In this document: positions 1-9,843 of the stretch, in pieces
Position numbering within the stretch: the stretch's first letter is position 1
Layout: every line of letters starts with the position of its first letter
Source of the DNA: Halanaerobiaceae bacterium
GTDB taxonomy: Bacteria; Bacillota; Halanaerobiia; Halanaerobiales; Halarsenatibacteraceae
Direction of reading: 5' to 3'
Length of the DNA stretch: 64,000 nucleotides
Assembly (NCBI GenBank): GCA_007134885.1
Contig: SLJX01000060.1
Coordinates: forward strand, 1,914 to 65,913
Position numbers and translations under genes: made by a program
The notes under the pieces: model-generated
Databases searched by the model: none
Told to the model about the DNA's origin: nothing
The model's input: the letters and a program-made list of their open reading frames with translations, nothing else

Positions 1-2554
1 TTATCATCCCGTGTCCATACCTCTCATTATATCCTGAGTCTCCTAAATCAATAGCTGTTTCTATCATTACATCCAGTACTTTATCATGAGGTATACCTTC
101 AGCAATCATTAATCCTGCCAATCCGGCTACCTGGGGAGCGGCCATTGAGGTTCCAGACATAGGATGGATGTAATCATTTGGAGTTGTACTCCATATTTCA
201 CTGCCGGGGGCAACTAAATCCTGTTCTGGTCCATAGCTGGAATAATCAGCCAGTCTCGGCGGGGAGGAATCAGCTTCTGCTAAAGCTCCAACAGCTATAA
301 CATCATCAAATTTAGCTGGATATGCAACGTTTCTATCTCCAGTGTTCCCGCTGGCAGCAACGATTACTACTCCCTCTCTGGCTGCTTCATTCACAGCTTC
401 TTCCATAAGTTCAGGGGTTTCATTACTCATCATACCTAGAGACATATTAATTATATCTGCCTGTTGAATGGGAGCATCTTCCATAAGTCCTGCTGCATAG
501 AGAATACCCTGAGCTATTCTCCATTCTGTGCTAGTGCCATAATCATTTAACACCTTTACTGGTATTAAATCAACATCCCACATAACACCAACTACACCTC
601 GGCCATTATTTGCTTTTGCACCAATAATACCGGCCACATGGGTTCCATGCATATGTCTATCCATAAAATCATTTTCATCATCATGGTTGGATTCTGAAAA
701 ATTATAACCAGAATCTATATCTACCATACCATCCATTTCCACATGGGTGTAATCTATACCTGTATCAAGCACAGCAACCCTGACATTACTGGAACCTTGG
801 ACATCCCGCCAGGTCTGTGGCAATCTCATTACCGAAGGAGCCCATTGTTTGTAATAATATTCATCATTGGGCTCTCTATAATCCATTATAGTGAAAACAT
901 TGTTGGGCTGGGCAGATAAAATCCCAGGTTCCGAGCTCGCCTGGCTGATTGCCTGGCTTTGAACCATATCACCCGGGATTTCTACCAGCATGGCATTAAG
1001 TTCTCCTGAGTATTCCAGAAAGTTGTAGCCCAGATCTTGAGCTTTAGTTTTTGCTTTTTCCTGATCAATCTCTGGTGACAGCCGCAGAATTATTTCATTG
1101 CTTTTTTCTTCTTTAAAGCTGGTATAATCAGAGCTGGCAACTTCCCAGAGTTCTCCAGTTTTATCACTCATGCTGTTAGCCTCAACCACCGAAGAGGGGA
1201 AGTTATGTTCAATATCAAAAGTTCCGCTAACAGTAATGTCGCCAGGTTCTGGCTCCTCGTCATCTTTTTCTTCCTTTAAAATATTTACTTCTATAGTGCT
1301 GGATTCTCCAGCGTCAAAGGAGACGATATAATTAAATACCTGTCCCGCTTGCGGATCTTCGGCCAGAATGTCATTTTTGCTAATCACAAGGGTGTCTGTA
1401 TTATCAAGGCCGGCAAATTTCTGTCTGATCTCATAAACATTATCCTGAATTTCCAGCTTGATTCCGGTAATTTCACTGGCTTCATTCCAGGTTATCTTAC
1501 TTTCAATATCCTGAGGATCATCAAGCCAGAAATCAAATGCTCTGGGATTTAATTCAGCATCCTTTTTAACTTCTTCTTCAACTGTAACAGTCGCTGTTAC
1601 TTCTAATAAAGTCTCAGGATCTGTCTGGGTTACTCCCTCAGGTAGATCAAATGTCCCTTTAGCCAGATAATCATCAGCAATCTCATCATTGTAATCTTCA
1701 ATACTCCAGTCAAGTGTGACTCTGTGTTCCTCCTGATCTGAATCTTTAATTGATATCTCATCTGTTAACCTGGTTTTTGCATCTTCCCTGTCTGTCCCGT
1801 ATTCCACCGTTATATCCTGTACTTCATCCTTAACATCTATCTCTGCAATTGTGGGTAATATTTCTTCTTCCACAATTTCAATCTTTAGCAGAGCATCACT
1901 GCCCTGATCAAATTTAACAAAAATCTCTACTACTTCATGTTCTTCCGCTAATCCTGAAATATAAGATTCCTTTATCACCAGCGTGTTACTACCATCGCTT
2001 GAGATCAGTGTTATCTCCTTATCAGCATTTAATTCCTTTATTTCAAAGTTTTGCTCATCCACAATTCTATACAGGCCGGTGACTTCGCTGGCTTCATTCC
2101 AGATTATTTGAGTTTCCACATCACCTGGATCTTTTATGTTATATTCCACTACTTCAGGATCAATCTCAGCACTATTTTCTTTGATTAAGTCCACCTTAAA
2201 ATAAGCTGAATCCTGACTGACATCCAGTTCGGCTTTGAAGGGCTCATAGCCATTTTTTTCTACTAATAATTTCTGGCTGCCGGTTTCAATATTTTCAAAG
2301 GTTGCTACTCCTTTATTGTTAGTAAATGTGTCCGAATCTTTCAGAATTACCCTGGACCCTTCCAGATTAAAGAAGCTTTGATTTTCAATTAGATTTGCTC
2401 CTGGTTCTTGCACCAAAATATTGAACTCATCCAGCATTTCACTTTCTGTTGTATCTCTGGTTGTTGAACTACCCATATCACATGCTGAAATTGATAAAGC
2501 TATGATTGTTAAAAGCATAATAATAAGTAAATGTTTTACTTTGATTCTTTTCAA
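1..2554 (-). CDS. Subtilisin-family (peptidase S8) serine protease lipoprotein; C-terminal end cut by the window edge
   Basis: An open minus-strand frame starts at TTG 2554 (GGAGG 11 nt upstream; in-frame ATG at 2518) and runs off the left edge. The tta at 1-3 is out of frame. The N-terminus LKRIKVKHLLIIMLLTIIALSISAC is a lipoprotein signal peptide with a lipobox Cys. The catalytic triad motifs read directly: VAVLDTGID (778-752), HGTHVAG (649-629), GTSMAAP (154-134). There are two internal repeat domains (DNA ~1465-1560 and ~2075-2170, both encoding WNEASE[IV]TG). It is absent from the supplied ORF track because it is open-ended. Confidence 0.85.
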   Translation of the reverse strand, partial: MKRIKVKHLLIIMLLTIIALSISACDMGSSTTRDTTESEMLDEFNILVQEPGANLIENQSFFNLEGSRVILKDSDTFTNNKGVATFENIETGSQKLLVEKNGYEPFKAELDVSQDSAYFKVDLIKENSAEIDPEVVEYNIKDPGDVETQIIWNEASEVTGLYRIVDEQNFEIKELNADKEITLISSDGSNTLVIKESYISGLAEEHEVVEIFVKFDQGSDALLKIEIVEEEILPTIAEIDVKDEVQDITVEYGTDREDAKTRLTDEISIKDSDQEEHRVTLDWSIEDYNDEIADDYLAKGTFDLPEGVTQTDPETLLEVTATVTVEEEVKKDAELNPRAFDFWLDDPQDIESKITWNEASEITGIKLEIQDNVYEIRQKFAGLDNTDTLVISKNDILAEDPQAGQVFNYIVSFDAGESSTIEVNILKEEKDDEEPEPGDITVSGTFDIEHNFPSSVVEANSMSDKTGELWEVASSDYTSFKEEKSNEIILRLSPEIDQEKAKTKAQDLGYNFLEYSGELNAMLVEIPGDMVQSQAISQASSEPGILSAQPNNVFTIMDYREPNDEYYYKQWAPSVMRLPQTWRDVQGSSNVRVAVLDTGIDYTHVEMDGMVDIDSGYNFSESNHDDENDFMDRHMHGTHVAGIIGAKANNGRGVVGVMWDVDLIPVKVLNDYGTSTEWRIAQGILYAAGLMEDAPIQQADIINMSLGMMSNETPELMEEAVNEAAREGVVIVAASGNTGDRNVAYPAKFDDVIAVGALAEADSSPPRLADYSSYGPEQDLVAPGSEIWSTTPNDYIHPMSGTSMAAPQVAGLAGLMIAEGIPHDKVLDVMIETAIDLGDSGYNERYGHGMI

Positions 2555-3450
2555 TTTAATTAATACCTCCACTTGAATTTATGTAGTTAGTTATATTTTT
2601 CAGTCAATAATAAACAATTAACATGAACAATTAACATAATCAATCACTTGATCTTAATGCTTCTTTCATCTCCTTCAATTTACTGTTCCTATTTACTATG
2701 CAGTGCAGTCTAATAAGAAAATTTTCACCAATCAAAGTTTCATTTTCCATGAATTAATTTATTACTTTACTAATGACGACTAAATCATTAAAAACACCTC
2801 CAGATTTATTGAAACTGAAATCAAGAAAACCTTAATCCGGTTAATTTTAATAGAATTAACTCTCTTATAATTGCACTATAATTGTATAAAACTATTAATT
2901 CAACTAATTTAAGGAAATTTATATATTGATGCTAAGCATAATAACACAGTCAAACATTTTCTTCAATAATTCAAAAGTAGCAATATGTCGAAATATGTAA
3001 AGCGCTGGTTCATTCCCGTCACTATGGGTTTTATAAAGCCTAATAATTTAATTTTAACATAAATTTATCACATAATTAGAAGTTAAAGAAATATATTATT
3101 TAACCTTTGCAGGAAATTAAAGGTATTTACTATAAATATTTGCTACAATATTTTTACAATTTGGGCCCTGAAAAGGGCATGGAGGTTTGCTTAGTAATTT
3201 ACAGAATAAAATATCCTGCAGTAGATGAATTATCTAAATTGAAATTTCATATTCTTTATGATAATTTAAAGCAATAGTTTTAAAATTCTTCAGAAAATAC
3301 AAAAATAAGTCTAAAGCCCTATCAATTTCATCTTTGCTTATTTTGAACTTACTTGTAAATTTTAACAGGTAGTTATATAATAATTTTACAATTGTAATTA
3401 GTATGTCAACACTAGTTTTTTCTTTCCTGTTGATTATAATTTTTTAGGAG

Positions 3451-3942
3451 TTGATAATCTTGAAAATTCTGGTTGATGGAGATTCCTGTCCGGTGCTTGA
3501 TATCATTGAAAATTTTGCCAGGCATCATGATTTGGAATTGCTGGTATTTTCTGAAGTACAAAATGAACTGACCACAAAATATGGCAAAACAGTGGTTATA
3601 AAACAGTCAAATCAATCTCTTAATAAAGAAATTTTAAGTCATACTGAAGCTGATGATCTTGTTATTACCCGGAATTATGAACTGGCCCGTATGGTAATAA
3701 ATATTGAAGCCACTGCCATTAGCCAGGAAGGTTTAATTTACACTGAAGCTAATATTGAAAGACTCCTGAATCAGCGCAGGGCCCGGGCCAGAGAGAGAAA
3801 AACTGAATCAGGTAATGATAAACCGCTGACCCGGCAGCGCCAGCAGGAAAGAACCTGGCAGGATGATGTTAAATTTCATCAGACCCTGGAAAAGGTCTAT
3901 GAAGAAAATCTTTCCACTAAACCGCAGGGAGGTAATAACTGA
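3451..3942 (+). CDS. YaiI/YqxD family protein (UPF0178 / DUF188)
   Basis: The N-terminal KILVDGDSCPV matches the remembered ILVDADACPV signature of the family, and the size of ~160 aa fits. The true start may be the TTG at 3460, after TAGGAG. Confidence 0.65.
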   Translation: MIILKILVDGDSCPVLDIIENFARHHDLELLVFSEVQNELTTKYGKTVVIKQSNQSLNKEILSHTEADDLVITRNYELARMVINIEATAISQEGLIYTEANIERLLNQRRARARERKTESGNDKPLTRQRQQERTWQDDVKFHQTLEKVYEENLSTKPQGGNN

Positions 3943-4451
3943 TGGAATTTTTGCGGCAGGCAACCTGGTCACCCTATCTGGTCGGTTTTGCCATTGGAGT
4001 TTTAAGCTGGCTTTCTTTTTTGATTTCCCGTAAGGCTCTGGGAACTTCAACCAGCTATGCCCGAACTTCGGGGATGATCTGGCAAAAATATGACCGGGAT
4101 CTGGTCTTAAATATGAAATATTACCAGCAGTATCTCCCGGAAATCGACTGGCAGTGGATGCTCGTTATTGGAATTATCATTGGCAGTTTTATTTCTTCAC
4201 TGCTTTCCGGAGAATTCAGCTTAAGCTTTTTACCGGCCACTGAATTTGAGTCTATTTTAAATCAAAATGTTTTGGGGCGAATTTTTTCAGCTCTGGCAGG
4301 TGGCATGCTGGTTGGTTTTGGCGCCCGCTGGTCAGGAGGCTGCCCCAGCGGCCACGGAATTAGCGGCACCCTGCAGCTCAGCCTTAGCAGCTGGATTGCT
4401 GCCATCTGCTTTTTCATAAGCGGTATAGCTGTTGCTCTGCTGCTCTACTAG
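3942..4451 (+). CDS. YeeE/YedE family (sulfur-compound transport) membrane protein, half-size, subunit 1
   Basis: It is multi-TM and carries the GGCPSGHGISG motif typical of the YeeE/YedE (COG2391) family. Its start overlaps the upstream stop (ATGA-type coupling). Confidence 0.7.
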   Translation: MEFLRQATWSPYLVGFAIGVLSWLSFLISRKALGTSTSYARTSGMIWQKYDRDLVLNMKYYQQYLPEIDWQWMLVIGIIIGSFISSLLSGEFSLSFLPATEFESILNQNVLGRIFSALAGGMLVGFGARWSGGCPSGHGISGTLQLSLSSWIAAICFFISGIAVALLLY

Positions 4452-4488
4452 AAATTTTACCTGACTCAACAAAACAGGAGGTTTTACC

Positions 4489-5031
4489 ATGACTGCTGAG
4501 AAAAAATCCCGCCTCATAAAAGGTTTGATCACCGGTATCATTTTTGGGTTCCTCCTTCAGCGGGGAGGGGCTACCCGCTATAATGTGATAATAGGACAGC
4601 TGATGCTGCAGGATTTCACTGTGGTAAAAATCATTGTAACTGCAATCATCACCGGTATGATTGGCATCTACTTTCTCCTGGACCGCGGCCTGGTGGAATT
4701 ATCCCCTAAAAACCATTCCCTGAAACAGGTGATTCCCGGCGGGTTAATTTTTGGCGTCGGTTTCGCTCTGCTGGGGTACTGTCCCGGGACAATTGCCGGG
4801 GCTGCCGGTCAGGGCAGCCTGGATGCTTTGATCCCCGGTTTAATTGGTATCACCCTTGGTTCGGGATTATATGCCCGCTTTCACGAAAATTTCGGAGACT
4901 TACTTGCCAGGGGCTCTTTTGAAAAACCAACTCTGCCTGAACGCTGGAATATCAATCACTGGAAGATAATATTCCCCCTGGCCGGGATTCTACTGGCACT
5001 GCTTCTTTTGCTGGAATTTAGGGGTCTTTAA
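4489..5031 (+). CDS. YeeE/YedE family membrane protein, half-size, subunit 2
   Basis: It is multi-TM with a GYCPGT motif, has an AGGAGG RBS, and is paired with the preceding half-size gene. Confidence 0.7.
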   Translation: MTAEKKSRLIKGLITGIIFGFLLQRGGATRYNVIIGQLMLQDFTVVKIIVTAIITGMIGIYFLLDRGLVELSPKNHSLKQVIPGGLIFGVGFALLGYCPGTIAGAAGQGSLDALIPGLIGITLGSGLYARFHENFGDLLARGSFEKPTLPERWNINHWKIIFPLAGILLALLLLLEFRGL

Positions 5032-5105
5032 TATTTTAAGTTTGCCTGTTTTTCAGTTTGACTCTCTAAATTTCCTGGAATACTAGGAAAATATTCCCCG
5101 AAAAT

Positions 5106-5134
5106 TTGACAAATCCTGAAATTTGTATTATAAT
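5106..5134 (+). promoter_or_regulatory. Sigma-A consensus promoter (TTGACA-17 nt-TATAAT) for the proC leader
   Basis: TTGACA lies at 5106-5111 and TATAAT at 5129-5134, with an exact 17-nt spacer. Confidence 0.7.
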
Positions 5135-5164
5135 TTTTATCAATCTAGTTAATTCAATATGATA

Positions 5165-5567
5165 AAGTATAAAAAGCTGTGAACAGACCAGTAACCTTTA
5201 ATGATATTCCAGCGAATCGGGGATGGTGCAAGCCCGAAAATATCGTTACAGGTGAACCCCCTTTGGGAGCTGCAGGCTGAATAAGAGTAAGCCCCGCCGG
5301 TTATCTTCCGTTATAGAGATAGGTCAAAGCACCGAAAGAGTGGACTTCCAGGTCAACTAATAATCCTAAAAAATCCAGGTCTTATTTGCCTGATTCGTTT
5401 CAACTGTAATTTGTTTTTCTTATTTGTTTTATTAAGCTTTATTCAATTATTTTTCTTGATTGTTAAGACTTACCTCAAGACCTGTTTCATATTGACCCTG
5501 GAGAGTCAACAAGGATGGTACCACGTGGTAGCCTCGTTCCTTACCGGAGCGGGGATTTTTTGTTTTT
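5165..5567 (+). promoter_or_regulatory. T-box leader, proline-specific (putative CCC specifier), controlling proC
   Basis: The Stem I elements appear in the canonical order:
- AGTA at 5190-5193
- AG bulge AGCGA at 5211-5215
- distal loop TGGTGCAA at 5224-5231
- GAA followed by CCC at 5254-5259, in the specifier position
- AGAGTA and CCGTTA at ~5284-5313

Stem III is TTGAC...GTCAA at 5492-5509. The T-box sequence AAGGATGGTACCACGTGG lies at 5511-5528, with UGGU matching an A73 discriminator. A terminator follows. Confidence 0.8.
5532..5567 (+). terminator. Intrinsic terminator of the T-box leader
   Basis: CCTCGTTCC (5532-5540) pairs with GGAGCGGGG (5546-5554) in a 9-bp stem that includes G-U pairs. 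The run ATTTTTTGTTTTT follows. Confidence 0.75.
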
Positions 5568-5626
5568 AACCGGCAAATTTTTACCGGTTATATTTTAAGT
5601 TTTGTAGAGAGAAGGGGTAGATATTA

Positions 5627-6415
5627 ATGAAATTAGGTGTAATTGGACTGGGCAAAATGGGAACAGCTCTGGTGGAAGGGGTCCTCAAGGCCGAGGTATA
5701 TCAGCAGGATGACATTATTGGCAGTGACGTTGTCAAAAAAGAGGTAGCTGGAATTGACAACTATCAGGACAATCAGGTCTGCAGTAGAGAGGCAGAAACT
5801 GTCATTCTGGCTGTTAAACCACAGATTATAGATCGGGTGCTGGAGGAAATTAAAGATTCTGTCCGCGACAAGCTGGTAATTTCAATTGCTGCCGGCATCA
5901 GTATTTCTCATCTTAAACAAAAGCTGCCTTCCTCAACCCGGATTGTCAGGGTAATGCCCAATGCTCCGGCTGTCATTAATCAGGGAATATCCGCCTATGC
6001 CTGCGATACCAGGGTAACTTCTGAGGATAAAGAACTGGTGAATAAGCTCTTTTCCGGAATTGGCGAGGTTTTTGAAATAGAAGAATCCCTTATGAATGCC
6101 ATCACTGCCCTCAGTGGCAGCGGTCCGGCTTTCCTCTATATCATCATGGAAGCCCTGGCCGATGGGGGAGTGGCTGCCGGACTCTCCCGGGAGGATGCCA
6201 TCCGTCTATCAGCGCTCACCATGCGGGGAGCGGCCAGCATGGTGCTGGAAACCAAGGAACATCCCGGTCGGCTAAAGGATATGGTCACCTCTCCCGGTGG
6301 AACCGCTATTGCCGGCATCGAGGTTATGGAGCGCCGCGGGATGCGGGGAATTATGATGGAAACTATCAGAGAAGCTGCTTTAAAATCCCGGGAACTGGAT
6401 CAGACCAATAACTAA
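5627..6415 (+). CDS. proC: Pyrroline-5-carboxylate reductase
   Basis: It has the MKLGVIGLGKMG Rossmann N-terminus and the C-terminal SPGGTAIAG motif, is 262 aa long, and has a GAAGGGG RBS. Confidence 0.92.
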   Translation: MKLGVIGLGKMGTALVEGVLKAEVYQQDDIIGSDVVKKEVAGIDNYQDNQVCSREAETVILAVKPQIIDRVLEEIKDSVRDKLVISIAAGISISHLKQKLPSSTRIVRVMPNAPAVINQGISAYACDTRVTSEDKELVNKLFSGIGEVFEIEESLMNAITALSGSGPAFLYIIMEALADGGVAAGLSREDAIRLSALTMRGAASMVLETKEHPGRLKDMVTSPGGTAIAGIEVMERRGMRGIMMETIREAALKSRELDQTNN

Positions 6416-6697
6416 CTTTTGCAGGTCATTTTACTAACTGATAAATGCAAATCAAATATAAATCCGTATATCTTTTAATCTCAGATCCTGATTAATTTCT
6501 TTAACAATTATAGGTGCTTGACAGTAAATCCCATGCCTCTTTGGGTTCCAGTAAGAGAGGAATATATTACAGCTTATTTTCAAAGCAATAAGGACAGACA
6601 AAAGAAGTGAGATAAAAATTCAAAATCCTTAAATTAAAGAAACAAAGGATTTAAGAGAATTTAAGTAACAAAAAACCCAAAAGAAAGAGGTAATTAC

Positions 6698-7966
6698 ATG
6701 AGCCAGGAAAAAATCAGCCCAAATAACCAGAACAGCAAAAACCTTCAAAATTCAGGTAAAAATAATGAGAAAACCAGAAGTGAAGAACTGATGGAGCTGA
6801 CGGACAGATATGGGGCCAGGAACTATAACCCTCTGCCTATTGTCATTTCTCAGGCTGAGGGTATCTGGGTGGAGGACCCCGAGGGCAACCGCTATCAGGA
6901 TATGCTCAGTGCCTATTCTGCTGTCAGCCACGGACACTGCCATCCTGAGGTGGTGAAGGCTCTGAAAGAACAGGCCGACAGAGTAACCCTGACCTCCCGG
7001 GCCTTTCGCAATGATCAGCTGGGGCTTTTCTATCAAAAGGTAGCAGAAGTTACCGGCAAGGAAAAGGTACTGCCGATGAATGCCGGCACCGAAGCCGTGG
7101 AGACAGCTCTTAAAGCTGCCCGCCGCTGGGCCTACTTTGAAAAGGGCGTTCCCGAGGATCAAGCAGAAATTATCACCTGTCAGGGTAACTTTCACGGCCG
7201 GACAATAACTGTGATTTCTTTTAGCTCCACCCCCGGTTACCGTAAAGGTTACAGTCCCTATACCCCGGGCTTTACAATAATCCCCTTTGGTGATGTCGCA
7301 GCCCTCGAGGAAGCTATTACCCCGAATACAGCAGCTTTTCTGGTTGAACCGATTCAGGGTGAGGGCGGAATCAACATACCACCCGAGGGTTATCTCAGAG
7401 ATACCTATGATATCTGTCAGGAAAACGATGTGCTCTTTATGGCCGATGAGATTCAGACCGGCCTGGGCAGGACCGGCCAGCTCTTTGCCTGCGACTGGGA
7501 AAAGGTGGTTCCCGATGTCTATATTCTGGGGAAAGCTCTCAGCGCCGGACTCTACCCGGTTTCAGCTATAGCCGCTGACAGAGAAATAATGGATGTCTTT
7601 GACCCCGGCTCACATGGCTCCACCTTTGGCGGTAATCCCCTGGGAGCAGCAGTGGCCAGGCGGGCTCTAGAAGTAATTGAAGAGGAAAATTTTGTTGCGA
7701 GATCCCGGGAGCTGGGAGAATATCTTTTGAACGAGTTGAAAAAAATCGAAAACCCGATCATAGAAGATGTCAGGGGACGGGGCCTTTTTGTTGGTATTGA
7801 ACTGGATAGGCCTGCCCGCCCCTATGCTGAAAAGTTACAGGAAGAGGGTATTCTGGTTAAGGAAACCCATGAAACTGTACTGCGTTTTGCTCCTCCCCTG
7901 ATAATAACCCGGGATGAACTGGACTGGGCAATTGAACGGGTCTTTAATGTCCTGCATCTCGGTTAA
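6698..7966 (+). CDS. rocD: Ornithine aminotransferase (class III PLP aminotransferase)
   Basis: It reads [12 protein letters not shown]...GEGG...[11 protein letters not shown]...LGKALSAG, which are ornithine--oxo-acid transaminase signatures. It also carries a ~25-aa N/Q/K-rich N-terminal extension. Confidence 0.85.
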
Positions 7967-8213
7967 AATATTTCAGCTCTCTGGCTGTTTTGTCTGTCTG
8001 TATTAACCATATTTTAGTAAAATATCAGCCAAAAGTACCAGTCAGAAATTTGAGTTTTCCCGGTACAGCAGGAATTTGCTATCTGAAGCTGGTATATGGT
8101 ATAATGGATTTAACATATTAAATATCTAAAGTGAAGAATCTAAGCTTTATCTCAGCTTTGCCGGGTTCAAATTTTTGAATTTGCCTGCCTCTATTTTATA
8201 TGGGGGTTATAAT

Positions 8214-8678
8214 ATGATTGATATAAATACTGCAGAAATTGATGATTTATTGAAGGTTAAAGGCATTGGACGAGTAACAGCGGAAAACATTCTGGAATAC
8301 CGTCGGAATCAGCGGGAAAAGGGTGGGTTTTCCAGTCTGGAAGAATTGAAAAATGTTGCCGGAATCGGCAGCAAGAAACTGCAGGAACTCAAACCACAGC
8401 TAACTGTAGAGGGGGTAATCAAAATCAAAAAGATTACCGTGGAATTTAACCCAGCTGAATATGACCTTGAGCAGCCTGAAGAAGTTCATCTGGTGGGCTC
8501 TATGAATAATTGGAAGCCTGCTGATAAAAGCTATCCTCTGCAGAAGGGAAAGGATGGTGTCTGGAGAAATACCTTTAAGTTCAAGAAGGGTACCGAGTAT
8601 AAAATCATGTATGATTCTTCCAGCTGGGAAGAAGAAAATCATGTGGGATATTATGGCAAAAATTTTGTAGTGGAATAA
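8214..8678 (+). CDS. ComEA-like helix-hairpin-helix domain fused to a CBM48/AMPK-beta-like glycan-binding domain
   Basis: The N-terminus IDINTAEIDDLLKVKGIGRVTAENILEYR...LKNVAGIGSKKL forms tandem HhH motifs. The C-terminus VHLVGSMNNWKP...GVWRNTFKFKKGTEYKIMYD resembles the AMPK-beta GBD pattern GSFNNW...YKF.VDG. The preferred start is ATG 8214, after GGGGG; the track ORF starts at 8175. Confidence 0.7.
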   Translation: MIDINTAEIDDLLKVKGIGRVTAENILEYRRNQREKGGFSSLEELKNVAGIGSKKLQELKPQLTVEGVIKIKKITVEFNPAEYDLEQPEEVHLVGSMNNWKPADKSYPLQKGKDGVWRNTFKFKKGTEYKIMYDSSSWEEENHVGYYGKNFVVE

Positions 8679-8846
8679 AACCTTTGCTGGTTTTATCATT
8701 TTATCATCAGCAGGCCGGGATGCTTATCAGCAGACTAGCAGGCAGAGCAGACAGGCTGGTTTCTTTGAACCCGGCAGTTTTAAGGCATCCAGGTGTAAGC
8801 AAACTGCTGCTGATGGAAAAATTACAGGAAAGGAGGTCGGCTGATA

Positions 8847-8981
8847 TTGGATAAGCGTAGTTTGAGTAGTGAGCAGCTGGAAGAACAGAACAGGGCTGCC
8901 CTGATTGCTGAAGATGAGAACAGAATAATTGAGGAAAAAATCAGGCAGTCATTCCGCAGAGCCCGGAGAGTTTTTAGATAA
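8847..8981 (+). CDS. Possible small protein (44 aa, charged/helical), not in the ORF track
   Basis: TTG at 8847 sits 10 nt after AGGAGG (8831-8836). The frame LDKRSLSSEQLEEQNRAALIAEDENRIIEEKIRQSFRRARRVFR ends at TAA 8979-8981, and a terminator lies downstream at 9121. Confidence 0.35.
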   Translation: MDKRSLSSEQLEEQNRAALIAEDENRIIEEKIRQSFRRARRVFR

Positions 8982-9120
8982 GAGTAGCAAGGGAGTTTAA
9001 AGAGCTGCTAAAAAGCTGAAAATCTTTACCGGAATTAGCTTTAATTTAATTTCTTTTTTCTGCGGAAGCAATTTAGCTTGACCAGATTAATTAAGCTTTA
9101 CCAGGTTAAAATTTATCGAA

Positions 9121-9152
9121 CATCCGGCTTACTGCCGGATGTTCTTTTATTT
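9121..9152 (+). terminator. Intrinsic terminator
   Basis: CATCCGGC (9121-9128) pairs with GCCGGATG (9134-9141), followed by TTCTTTTATTT. Confidence 0.7.
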
Positions 9153-9336
9153 CGCCATCCCTGCCTGGGACATCCCGGATATCTCTATATTTTATACTGA
9201 AGTTTTTTAGCATCGCTAGCTAACAGGTTGAAAAAACTGGCATAATAACAAATATATTTCAGTTTCAGGGCAGGAAATTTTCTTTCAATATTGAATTTAA
9301 TAATATATGAGAATTATTTTAACTGGAGGGATAGCA

Positions 9337-9507
9337 ATGAATGGCTCCAAATACCGCGTTCCTGCTGAGGATAACCGGGAAGTTGTCACTATTAAAAAAT
9401 TCTGCAGTGACTGCAGGGAAGACCCGGAAAATTGCGAAATGGAACCTTCCAGCTGCCTTGAAGAAGCCAGTATTTATCGAAAATTTGCCAGAATTAAAAA
9501 GGATTAA
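9337..9507 (+). CDS. Small Cys-rich hypothetical protein (56 aa)
   Basis: ATG 9337 follows GGAGGG. The sequence has four Cys (CSDC...C...C) and sits 44 nt upstream of hfq. Confidence 0.45.
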   Translation: MNGSKYRVPAEDNREVVTIKKFCSDCREDPENCEMEPSSCLEEASIYRKFARIKKD

Positions 9508-9550
9508 AAAGCAATAAATATAAAACCAGGATATCCAGGAGGTAATAACT

Positions 9551-9739
9551 TTGGAGAATGAACAGGATAAGCTGTTAAAGGAAGCTAAGGAAGAAGACAG
9601 GCGGGTAAAAATTTATCTGGTAAACGGCATGCAGCTGGCAGGTAAAATCTCTTCCTTTAGCCGCTTTGTGGTGGTACTCGATATCAAAGGCGAGCAGAAT
9701 ATGATTTACAAACACGCAATCTCCACCATAGTTTTTTAA
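9551..9739 (+). CDS. hfq: RNA chaperone Hfq
   Basis: The Sm1/Sm2 motifs read directly: VKIYLVNGMQLAGKISSFSRFVVVL and MIYKHAISTI. It has a TTG start after AGGAGG. Confidence 0.88.
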   Translation: MENEQDKLLKEAKEEDRRVKIYLVNGMQLAGKISSFSRFVVVLDIKGEQNMIYKHAISTIVF

Positions 9740-9812
9740 CAAATCTTCTATCACTGCTTTTATCTATTAACAGGTAAATTACTGTTTTTGAAAAATTATA
9801 TTCCTACAAACT

Positions 9813-9843
9813 GGCCCCGAATTTTTGGGGCCTTTCATTTTTT
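9813..9843 (+). terminator. Intrinsic terminator after hfq
   Basis: GGCCCC (9813-9818) pairs with GGGGCC (9827-9832), followed by TTTCATTTTTT. Confidence 0.7.

Noticed and set aside
1-3. The tta at the window start as the stop codon (TAA) of the protease gene.
   Set aside because: It is out of frame with the catalytic-motif frame (codons end at position 2). The gene continues beyond the window.
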